A stretch of 24,000 nucleotides of DNA from Pontiella sulfatireligans (GCF_900890705.1 NZ_CAAHFH010000002.1:2155458-2179457); one strand, 5' to 3'; counted from the stretch's first letter, positions 7,716 to 14,522 are shown. The notes: generated by a model from the letters alone, not told the origin. Made by a program: numbers and translations.

Positions 7716-8597
7716 TCATAATGCCGCCAGCTTTTCGCGTTCTTTGCGAGTTTCTGTTGAATGATTTGTGAGCGCTCTTAATTTTTCTGGAAGAGCGGCG
7801 AGGGTTTCGCGCAGTTCGGGCAGAACCGTTGTGAGGGTCTGGCCTCGAGAATAGGCTTCGGCGACGCGCCGGTCTTCGGGAATCTGCAGCACCAGCGGAA
7901 TATTTTCTTCGCTGCAGTATTCGCTGATGCGGTTGTTCTCGCCGTTCGCGCGGTTGACCGCCACGGCGAAGGGAAGACCCAGCTCGCGGAGTGTTTCGAC
8001 TGCCAGTTTGAGGTCGTGCAGGCCGAAGGGCGTGGGCTCGGTAACGAGTAGGGCGATGTCGCATCCTTTGACCGCTGTAACAAATGGGCACGAAGTCCCC
8101 GGCGGACAGTCGATGAGGGTCAGGCCCTCTTCAAGTGCATGCTTTTTCACCGCTCGGATAACGGGGGGCGACATTGCGTGGCCGACGTTCATCAAGCCCG
8201 ACACAAATTCAACCTCGCCGTGCCGGCCAATTTCGAGCAGGCCGATTTCCTTCTGCGTTTCTTCGATGGCGCCGGTTGGGCAGATTCGAGCGCAAGCCCC
8301 GCAACTGTGGCAAAGCTCCGGGAACACCAATGTTTTTTTGCCGAGCGAAGCGATCGCGCTAAACTGGCAGACGCGGCTGCACTCGCCGCAACCGGTGCAT
8401 TTTTCTGGATCGACCTGCGGCACGAGGCTGAATACTGTTTCTGTTTGCTCGATTTTGGGCTGAATGAAAAAGTGGCTGTTCGGCTCCTCGACGTCGCAGT
8501 CGAGCAGACGGACGGGCCCGGTTGCTGCAAAGGCCAGCGCGCAAGAGATCGTCGTTTTGCCGGTGCCTCCTTTTCCGGATGCTATAGCTATTTTCAT
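7716..8597 (-). CDS. MinD/CooC-type P-loop ATPase with an inserted 2x[4Fe-4S] ferredoxin domain (COG1149-like), copy A
   Basis: The 293-aa ORF has MKIAIASGKGGTGKTT, CTGCGECSRVC, CHSCGACARICP and DCPPGTSCP. It makes an ATGA overlap with the upstream gene (8594-8597). Confidence 0.85.
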   Translation of the reverse strand: MKIAIASGKGGTGKTTISCALAFAATGPVRLLDCDVEEPNSHFFIQPKIEQTETVFSLVPQVDPEKCTGCGECSRVCQFSAIASLGKKTLVFPELCHSCGACARICPTGAIEETQKEIGLLEIGRHGEVEFVSGLMNVGHAMSPPVIRAVKKHALEEGLTLIDCPPGTSCPFVTAVKGCDIALLVTEPTPFGLHDLKLAVETLRELGLPFAVAVNRANGENNRISEYCSEENIPLVLQIPEDRRVAEAYSRGQTLTTVLPELRETLAALPEKLRALTNHSTETRKEREKLAAL

Positions 8598-9460
8598 TGT
8601 TCAGTTCCTTTATGTTCGCGCACGACCCAGCCGCCGACCGGCTCACCGAGGTCTCTTCCAATCACTGGACATTTAACCTGTGTCAGGAAAAAGAGCGGGC
8701 GCTTGGCTTGGCTGAGGCTTTCGTAGTTGGCCTGCCCTTTAGCGATCACGAGTCCCGCTTCGTTGAAGAGCCAGCGGAAGGGGGCGTTGCAGTCCTCCAA
8801 AATGGTGCCCGGAGCATCGCTGCCGTTTTCTGTCAGTTCGGCTACTTCATGCAGCCCGGCGGCGCGGGCGTCGGCCAGCGTGGCGTCGTTGATGACCGGC
8901 GAGCCCTTTACGGCGTAAAAAACATCCGTATTGGGGAATTGCTCAATCAGCAGGCGGTCGAAGACGGTTTCGCCGGCGTTGTCGCCCAGAAACAGAATCG
9001 ATCCGGCCCGCCGCACCGCTTTGCGGAGCTGCTCCACGGCCGCATCGTTGAGCGGTTGGACGCGGGTGTTTTCGATAAAGTTGGCGAGGTCCAGCTGAGT
9101 CCATTTGGTGGTTAGGGCAAAATCGAGGATGTTTCCGGCAATCGAAAAGCGGAGCGCCATTTTAAACGGATCGATCGATCCGTTAATGATGGCCCGGGCT
9201 TCATCCATTATGCGAAGGGCGAATTCGGTTGAACGACGTTTTATTTTTTCGTAAGGATCCGCGCGACCGGTTTCCTCTCGGATGATCCGGTGCGTGATCT
9301 GTGCCATTTCGGGCGGCGTGCGCGTGGTGGGAAACCGGGCCGCCTCCTGCAGAACGCGTTGCAGCGTTCGGTGCGTCAGCGCTTCATCGCTGTCCACCTG
9401 CTGCAACGCGTCGTAGGCCTGCTGAATAAAACAGGGAATGCATTGATTATATATCTGCAT
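8594..9460 (-). CDS. DUF89 / ARMT1-like (damage-control phosphatase family) protein
   Basis: The 288-aa ORF has the N-terminal CIPC motif (MQIYNQCIPCFIQQ), GDNAGETVFD and AKGQANYESL, all typical of DUF89. Confidence 0.8.
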   Translation of the reverse strand: MQIYNQCIPCFIQQAYDALQQVDSDEALTHRTLQRVLQEAARFPTTRTPPEMAQITHRIIREETGRADPYEKIKRRSTEFALRIMDEARAIINGSIDPFKMALRFSIAGNILDFALTTKWTQLDLANFIENTRVQPLNDAAVEQLRKAVRRAGSILFLGDNAGETVFDRLLIEQFPNTDVFYAVKGSPVINDATLADARAAGLHEVAELTENGSDAPGTILEDCNAPFRWLFNEAGLVIAKGQANYESLSQAKRPLFFLTQVKCPVIGRDLGEPVGGWVVREHKGTEQ

Positions 9461-9461
9461 G

Positions 9462-9827
9462 CTAGGCCCAGTGCCCTTCCACGTTGGCTTCTTCTGATTT
9501 GGTCAGTTGGCCTTGCTTCAACATTTCAATGGCTTCGCTGACGGAGGCGTCGGCGATGCAGGTGTAGACCTTGATGCCGGCGGCATCGAGGGTGGCGTAG
9601 GCCTTGGGGCCGCAGTTTCCGGTGATGACGCAGTCGACCATTTCTTCCTTGATGTGGATGGCCGACTGAATGCCGGCGCCCTGCGCCGCATTAAGGTTCT
9701 GCGAATTTTCCTTCATGTAGAATACGCCGGTTTCGGTGTGGTAGATCAGGAATTGGGGCGCACGGCCGAACCGGCTGTCGACTTTTGATTCGAGGTTGGT
9801 TCCCGCGGTGGTAATTGCTATTTTCAT
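9462..9827 (-). CDS. NifX/NifB-fold small protein, paralogue 2
   Basis: The 121-aa ORF reads MKIAITTAG...VDSRFGRAPQFLIY...VITGNCGPKAYATLDAAGIKVY. An AGGAT RBS is present. Confidence 0.85.
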   Translation of the reverse strand: MKIAITTAGTNLESKVDSRFGRAPQFLIYHTETGVFYMKENSQNLNAAQGAGIQSAIHIKEEMVDCVITGNCGPKAYATLDAAGIKVYTCIADASVSEAIEMLKQGQLTKSEEANVEGHWA

Positions 9828-9836
9828 GGGTTGATC

Positions 9837-10058
9837 CTAATTTGTTAGTTGTTCTGGATTTCGCTTAAATGGACGAGTTGCTTTTGGAGCGACGTGAGCT
9901 GCGTTTGCAGGGCATCGATCTTTCCTTGCAACACGATGGTGTCGGCCGCTGCAACAGCATGCTGCGAGTGGCTGCGGAAGAATCCACGCGCGGATTCCCG
10001 TGCCGCGTCCTGTCATTGGTTCGGCCCGGGTTGGTTCCGTTCCGTTTTGTTGCGGCAT
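9837..10058 (-). CDS. DUF5320-like small protein, apparently frameshifted (the family-like C-terminus is in the +1 frame and ends at 9845)
   Basis: A strong RBS (AAAGGAGG) lies 6 nt before the ATG at 10058. The N-terminus MPQQNGTEPTRAEPMTGRGTG matches the DUF5320 signature MPxxDGTGPxGxGPMTGRGxG. The rest of frame 0 is low-plausibility sequence. The +1 frame instead encodes RGFFRSHSQHAVAAADTIVLQGKIDALQTQLTSLQKQLVHLSEIQNN*, the expected coiled-coil tail. Confidence 0.6.
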   Translation of the reverse strand: MPQQNGTEPTRAEPMTGRGTGIRAWILPQPLAACCCSGRHHRVARKDRCPANAAHVAPKATRPFKRNPEQLTN

Positions 10059-10077
10059 GATATGCCTCCTTTAAATG

Positions 10078-10437
10078 TTAATGGCAACGGCCCTGACGCC
10101 GCTGGCATCGGCGGCACCCCGGCATGGAAAAGCCAGGCTGGTCGAGCTGGTTGGATTTGAATGCTTCCAGCACATCGTGGATTTCGCCGGACACGAAGGC
10201 CTGCACCTGTATCCCGTGCGCTTCCGCCTGCTGTATTAACGGCCGGGAAATGGCACCGCAGATGAGGACATCGACCTGATGGTCTTCAAGAAAGGCAATA
10301 CGGCTTTGCGGACTGTCGGCAGGGCCGCCTAAGTTCGATGTGTTCATTCCGCCATCCGCATCCATCAGAACCACGGTTCCGGCAACGTCGAACAACGGGG
10401 CAACCCGTCCTTGCCACTCTGTAACAGCAACTTTCAT
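10078..10437 (-). CDS. NifX/NifB-fold small protein, paralogue 1, with a Cys/Arg-rich C-terminal tail
   Basis: The 119-aa ORF reads MKVAVTEWQGRVAPLFDVAGTVVLMD...VLICGAISRPLIQQAEAHGIQV. Its tail is SMPGCRRCQRRQGRCH. Confidence 0.8.
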   Translation of the reverse strand: MKVAVTEWQGRVAPLFDVAGTVVLMDADGGMNTSNLGGPADSPQSRIAFLEDHQVDVLICGAISRPLIQQAEAHGIQVQAFVSGEIHDVLEAFKSNQLDQPGFSMPGCRRCQRRQGRCH

Positions 10438-10448
10438 TGCCTGCTTTA

Positions 10449-10465
10449 ATGCACTAGGTGTGCCA
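10449..10465 (-). promoter_or_regulatory. Sigma54 (-24/-12) promoter candidate for the NifX/MinD-Fdx gene train
   Basis: The minus strand reads TGGCAC-ACCTA-GTGCAT, with exact GG-N10-GC spacing. It has the same -12 variant (GTGC) as the promoter at 20676. It sits directly downstream of a sigma54 activator gene. Caveat: the predicted transcription start (~10438-10439) lies only 1-2 nt before the ATG at 10437. Confidence 0.5.
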
Positions 10466-10554
10466 ACGTATGAGCAGGGAAGGAGGGGCTTTTCAACCTG
10501 TACCCGTTAAACGATTAAGAAAAGAGGCGGTTAGGTTTCGACAAAACGAATAGA

Positions 10555-10566
10555 TGCATAAATGCA
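10555..10566. promoter_or_regulatory. Inverted repeat TGCAT-NN-ATGCA: candidate enhancer (UAS) for the 10449 promoter, or alternatively a weak second -24/-12 element
   Basis: The plus strand has TGCAT AA ATGCA at 10555-10566, centred about 120 bp upstream of the predicted transcription start. The same stretch on the minus strand reads TGGTTG-CATTT-ATGCAT (10554-10570), which also has GG-N10-GC spacing but a poor -24 match. Confidence 0.3.
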
Positions 10567-10600
10567 ACCACCAGGCGGCCGAAAGGTAGCGAAACTGCAC

Positions 10601-11944
10601 CTATTGATCTTTGGACGGGTGAAGGCCGAGGGCCTTCATTTTGCGATAGAGCGTGGTTTTATGAATGTTGAGGTCGCGAGCAGTGGCGAGGCGGTTAAAC
10701 CCGTTTTTTTCGAGGGCGGCCAGAATGGTCTGCGATTCGGCGGAGCGCCGTGCAGTTTCCATGTCGGTTGAACCTTCGGACTGAATGGAGCGGCCGCGGA
10801 GTTCGGCGGGAAGATGTTTGATCTCAATCTGCGGGTCGGTGCAGAGCACAAAGGCGCGTTCAATAATGTTTTCGAGCTCGCGGACGTTGCCGGGCCAGTC
10901 GTGCGCCATCAGCAGGGAGCGGGCCCCGTTGGATATGCCGGCAATCGCCTTGCTGTGGATGCGGTTGAAACGCCGGATAAAATGTTCAATCAGCAGCGAC
11001 AGGTCGTCTTTGCGCTGGCGAAGCGGGGGGAGCTCGATGTTGATCACGTTTATGCGATAGAAGAGGTCTTCCCGGAAGGAGCCCTCTTTCACGCGCGCTG
11101 GCAGGTCGCGGTGGGTGGCTGCAATAATCCGGGCTTTGGTGTGTACGGTGGTATTGCTGCCGAGCGGTTCGTAGGTGTGTTCCTGCAGGACGCGCAGCAG
11201 GCGGACCTGAAGTGCAGGGCTGATCTCGCCGATTTCATCGAGGAAAACCGTTCCGTCGGCCGCCTGTGCAAACCGGCCGGGCTTGTCTTGGATGGCCCCG
11301 GTGAAGGCACCCTTTTTATAGCCGAAAAGTTCGGATTCGAGCAGGGTGTCGGGCAGGGCGGCGCAGTTGATGGCGATGAAGGGCTTGACCGCGCGCGTGC
11401 TCATGCCGTGTATGGCGCGGGCGAGCAGTTCTTTTCCGGTTCCGGTTTCGCCTTGAATCAGCAGGGTGATGTCGCTGGCGGCCACGGACGAGGCGAGCTC
11501 GAAGACGGGCTGCATGGCGTGGCTGTGGCTGACCATATCGCCGAGCGAGTAGCGGCCGGAGATTTCTTTGCGGAGTGTTTCGAGTTCGCTGAGATCGCGG
11601 AAGGTTTCGGCGCCGCCGATGACCTTTCCATCTTCGTCGTGCAGCACGGCGGTGGAGACGCTGGCAGGGACGCGCTCGCCGTCGGCGTTGATGATATAAC
11701 AGGCGTGGGCAATGATCGGCTTGCCGGTGGAGAGCGTTTTGCCGAGTGCGCAGGCGCCTTCGCACATGCTGGAGCGGAAGACCTCGGAGCAGCGGCGGCC
11801 GATGGCTTCGTCGCGTGGGACGCCCGTGATCTTTTCGGCGGCGCGGTTGAAGGAGGTGATACACCAGTCGGTGCCGACCGTGAACACGCCGTCGGATATG
11901 CTTTCGAGGATTGCCTCGGTTGTTGCTATGGAATCGGTTCCCAT
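10601..11944 (-). CDS. Sigma54-dependent transcriptional activator (PAS sensor + AAA+ sigma54-interaction domain + Fis-type HTH)
   Basis: The 447-aa ORF has a PAS domain (ILESISDGVFTVGTDWCITSFNRAAEKITG), Walker A (GETGTGKE), the GAFTGA loop (KKGAFTGA), Walker B (GTVFLDEIGE), ELENIIERA, and a C-terminal HTH (ATARDLNIHKTTLYRKMKALG). Confidence 0.92.
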   Translation of the reverse strand: MGTDSIATTEAILESISDGVFTVGTDWCITSFNRAAEKITGVPRDEAIGRRCSEVFRSSMCEGACALGKTLSTGKPIIAHACYIINADGERVPASVSTAVLHDEDGKVIGGAETFRDLSELETLRKEISGRYSLGDMVSHSHAMQPVFELASSVAASDITLLIQGETGTGKELLARAIHGMSTRAVKPFIAINCAALPDTLLESELFGYKKGAFTGAIQDKPGRFAQAADGTVFLDEIGEISPALQVRLLRVLQEHTYEPLGSNTTVHTKARIIAATHRDLPARVKEGSFREDLFYRINVINIELPPLRQRKDDLSLLIEHFIRRFNRIHSKAIAGISNGARSLLMAHDWPGNVRELENIIERAFVLCTDPQIEIKHLPAELRGRSIQSEGSTDMETARRSAESQTILAALEKNGFNRLATARDLNIHKTTLYRKMKALGLHPSKDQ

Positions 11945-12011
11945 AAGAGCAGGAGACTACTCGGTTTCGGGATGTTGTCTAATGATTTATGGAGAAGAGC
12001 CTGCGATGGGC

Positions 12012-12803
12012 TTAGCGGTTGAACAGACGTTTAGCCGACAACAGGCCGATGCCGAATAGTGCAACCAGAGTGAGCACGGCCGGTTCCGGCACCGCTTCAA
12101 TCTTGTCGATTGAATAGTCCATGTTCTTGTTTTCGGAGCAGATGTGTAGCGAGAACGCTTCCACCTTCGTCATATCGATCGATGCACCCAAAGCCGAAAA
12201 ATCGATTTCGAATGCCGCGGCGCGACCAGCAGCCAGCGCGTTGTAGTTTTCATCCATCCAGGCGTTGGCGGCATCATCCATATTGGCTTGGTACAGATTC
12301 TTTTCGCCCTCGATTTTGACCGATAGAAGGACATCGTTGAAAAAATTAGTGGAAGGATCCATTCCGCCTGCACTGGCAAACGTGATGCTGAAGCGGTCGT
12401 TGCCGCCGCCGTCGGTAAAGTCGAGGACCGGACTGATCGTGCCGTTGCCGAAGGGATCGGTGTCCAGATTGCTTCCCCATCCGGCGGTTCCGTCATAAGC
12501 TAAATAGATACTGGGGCTGGCTTTTTTGTTGGTGTAAACCTCGAGTTTTCCATTGGCGAACTTGGCGGTGGTGGTGCCGCCGGAACTTGATGACTCGCAG
12601 CCTACACTTCCGTCGCGAATGCCGCCGATGACGGAGGAAGTGGTATCCTCCCACGCAGTTTGATTCCCTTGGCTCGTCGTAGTTTGGTTGGCAGGATCGC
12701 TGAAATCATCGATCAGAAAGGCATTGGCCGAAACCATTGGAGCGGTCGCAAGCAACAGACCACAAATCGGAAAAACTAGGAAAGATGGTGAATATCGTCT
12801 CAT
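12012..12803 (-). CDS. Secreted PEP-CTERM sorting-domain protein (putative exosortase substrate)
   Basis: The 263-aa ORF has an N-terminal signal peptide (LLLATAPMVSANA) and a Ser/Thr/Gly/Asn-rich body. Its C-terminus, VPEPAVLTLVALFGIGLLSAKRLFNR, shows a PEP motif, a TM helix and a basic tail. Confidence 0.8.
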   Translation of the reverse strand: MRRYSPSFLVFPICGLLLATAPMVSANAFLIDDFSDPANQTTTSQGNQTAWEDTTSSVIGGIRDGSVGCESSSSGGTTTAKFANGKLEVYTNKKASPSIYLAYDGTAGWGSNLDTDPFGNGTISPVLDFTDGGGNDRFSITFASAGGMDPSTNFFNDVLLSVKIEGEKNLYQANMDDAANAWMDENYNALAAGRAAAFEIDFSALGASIDMTKVEAFSLHICSENKNMDYSIDKIEAVPEPAVLTLVALFGIGLLSAKRLFNR

Positions 12804-12939
12804 ATTGAAGGGCTCTCTATATTTATAATGAGTATCTATATCTCAGGGTTGCGGTCAAGTTTTGAATCAAGGCATACGGAGCCAGAAAGAGATCGGGCAA
12901 TGTAAGCAGCAAGGTTGGTTCTAAGGATTCGTTGTTGGT

Positions 12940-13902
12940 TCAGACCTGAGCGATTTCGAGGCCGAGGGTGCGGATCATTTCGAGGTCGGTTTCGTATTGG
13001 GAGCCGGCGATGGTGAGATAGTTGCCGGTCATGAGGCCGTTGGCGCCGGCAGAGAAGAGGTCGGCCTGGCGTTCGCCCAGCACGTGGGTGCGTCCGCCGC
13101 AGATGCGCAGGGTGGTGCCGGGCAGCAGGAAGCGGTAGACCGCGATGATGCGCAGGGCTTCTTCGGCGGCAAGTGGAGGCGTATCCTTCATCGGGGTGCC
13201 TGCGTGGGCATAGAGAAAGTTGATCGGCACGCTGTTGACGCCGAGGCCGCGCAGGGTGAGCGCGAGCTCGATGCGGTCGTCCCAGCTTTCGCCGAGGCCG
13301 AAGAGGCCTCCGCAACAGACGGCGAGGCCGGTGGCCATGGCGGCCTTGACGGTGTCGAGGCGCTGTGACCATTGCTGAGTGGAGCAGACTTCGGGATAAT
13401 AGTTTTCGGAGGTTTCGAGGTTGTGGTGGAAGCGGGTGAGGCCGGCGTCTTTGAGGTTGGCAAGCTCGTCTTCTGTGAGGCGGCCGAGCGAGGCGCAGAC
13501 GGGGCCGGGTTTTCCGTTGGAAACGCTGCGGACGGTGTCAGCCAGCACGTTGAGCTCGTCGCCGGAAAGCTTGCCGCCGCTGGTGACGACGCCGCAGTGG
13601 CGGTCGTTGCCGGAAATGGTTTCTTCAATGCGCCGCTTGAGCTCCCCTTTTTTCATGAAGGGGTAGGCTTCGATTTCGGTGGAGTTGTGCCCGCTTTGGG
13701 AGCAGAAGCGGCAATCCATGTCGCATTGGCCGCTTTTGGCGTTAATGATGGAGCAAAGTTGGATTTGTCTGCCGAAGTGGGCTTCGCGCACCTGCGTTGC
13801 CGCGGTGAAGAGTTCGATTTCGCTGCAGTTGATGAGCGAGCGGGCTTCTTCGGGCGTGCAGCCGTTGCCGGCGAGCGCATTTTTTATGATGGTTTCGAGC
13901 AT
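12940..13902 (-). CDS. bioB: Biotin synthase (radical SAM)
   Basis: The 320-aa ORF has the radical-SAM CxxxCxxC motif (CDMDCRFC), FHHNLETS, and a BioB-like C-terminal half (SVPINFL...GANGLMTGNYLT). Confidence 0.9.
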   Translation of the reverse strand: MLETIIKNALAGNGCTPEEARSLINCSEIELFTAATQVREAHFGRQIQLCSIINAKSGQCDMDCRFCSQSGHNSTEIEAYPFMKKGELKRRIEETISGNDRHCGVVTSGGKLSGDELNVLADTVRSVSNGKPGPVCASLGRLTEDELANLKDAGLTRFHHNLETSENYYPEVCSTQQWSQRLDTVKAAMATGLAVCCGGLFGLGESWDDRIELALTLRGLGVNSVPINFLYAHAGTPMKDTPPLAAEEALRIIAVYRFLLPGTTLRICGGRTHVLGERQADLFSAGANGLMTGNYLTIAGSQYETDLEMIRTLGLEIAQV

Positions 13903-13964
13903 GGTTCCCTGTCTCCGGTGGTTGGGATTGCAACAGGGTACGTGAGTTCCTGCGTTTGGGAAGC

Positions 13965-14465
13965 CTATTTTTCAGCTGAGGGAACCACCGCTGAGGGAAC
14001 CACCATCACATTGCATCGGGCATGGCGAATAATGCTTTCGGAAACACTGCCTAGCAAAGCTTTATGCAGCAGGCCGTGCCCGTGGGAGCCGATGATGATC
14101 ATGTCGGCCTCTAATTCTTCGGCTTTTTCGATGATGAGTTTAGCCGGGTCGCCTTTGATGAGCATGGCTTGCGCTTTGACGCCCTTTTCACGAAGGCAGG
14201 AAGCGATGCCGAGCAGCTGGGCGTGTTCGCGCTTGATTTCTTTTGCGCTGAGGTCGCGAGCGAGCTGCGCGTCGCCGGGCATGCTGGAGAATTCAGGCGA
14301 GTAGGAGTCGAATTGTACGCTGTCGTAGAGTATGGCGCGGGTTTCATCGGAACTGGCGTGGATAATCCAGAGCTTGGACCCGAGCGCTTTGGCGAGTGCG
14401 GCCGCTTGTTCAACGACGGCGGCGGTGGTGGTTGAAAAATCTACGGCAGCGAGTATCGGTTTCAT
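13965..14465 (-). CDS. Universal stress protein (UspA family)
   Basis: The 166-aa ORF reads MKPILAAVDFS...IIGSHGHGLLHKALLGSVSESIIRHARCNVMVVP. A GGAGG RBS lies 8 nt upstream. Confidence 0.85.
   Translation of the reverse strand: MKPILAAVDFSTTTAAVVEQAAALAKALGSKLWIIHASSDETRAILYDSVQFDSYSPEFSSMPGDAQLARDLSAKEIKREHAQLLGIASCLREKGVKAQAMLIKGDPAKLIIEKAEELEADMIIIGSHGHGLLHKALLGSVSESIIRHARCNVMVVPSAVVPSAEK
13975..14004. repeat. Perfect 15-bp tandem duplication (GCTGAGGGAACCACC x2) at the 3' end of the usp gene
   Basis: Read directly from the sequence. It encodes the duplicated C-terminal pentapeptide VVPSA-VVPSA. Confidence 0.9.
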
Positions 14466-14522
14466 ATTATGAGCCTCCGTTTACTGAGGAACATCATATG
14501 CAGAATCATGCGTTTGGCAAGG

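Noticed and set aside
10814-12022. A 402-aa plus-strand ORF. Similar long ORFs lie opposite the real genes at 215-661, 4652-5626, 6435-7496, 7927-8726, 13372-14304, 15044-16249, 15936-16694 and 21221-21904.
   Set aside because: These are antisense shadow ORFs typical of GC-rich DNA. Their translations are low-complexity Gly/Ala/Arg/Val-rich with no recognisable motifs. Each fully overlaps a gene on the other strand that has clear family signatures, an RBS and operon context.
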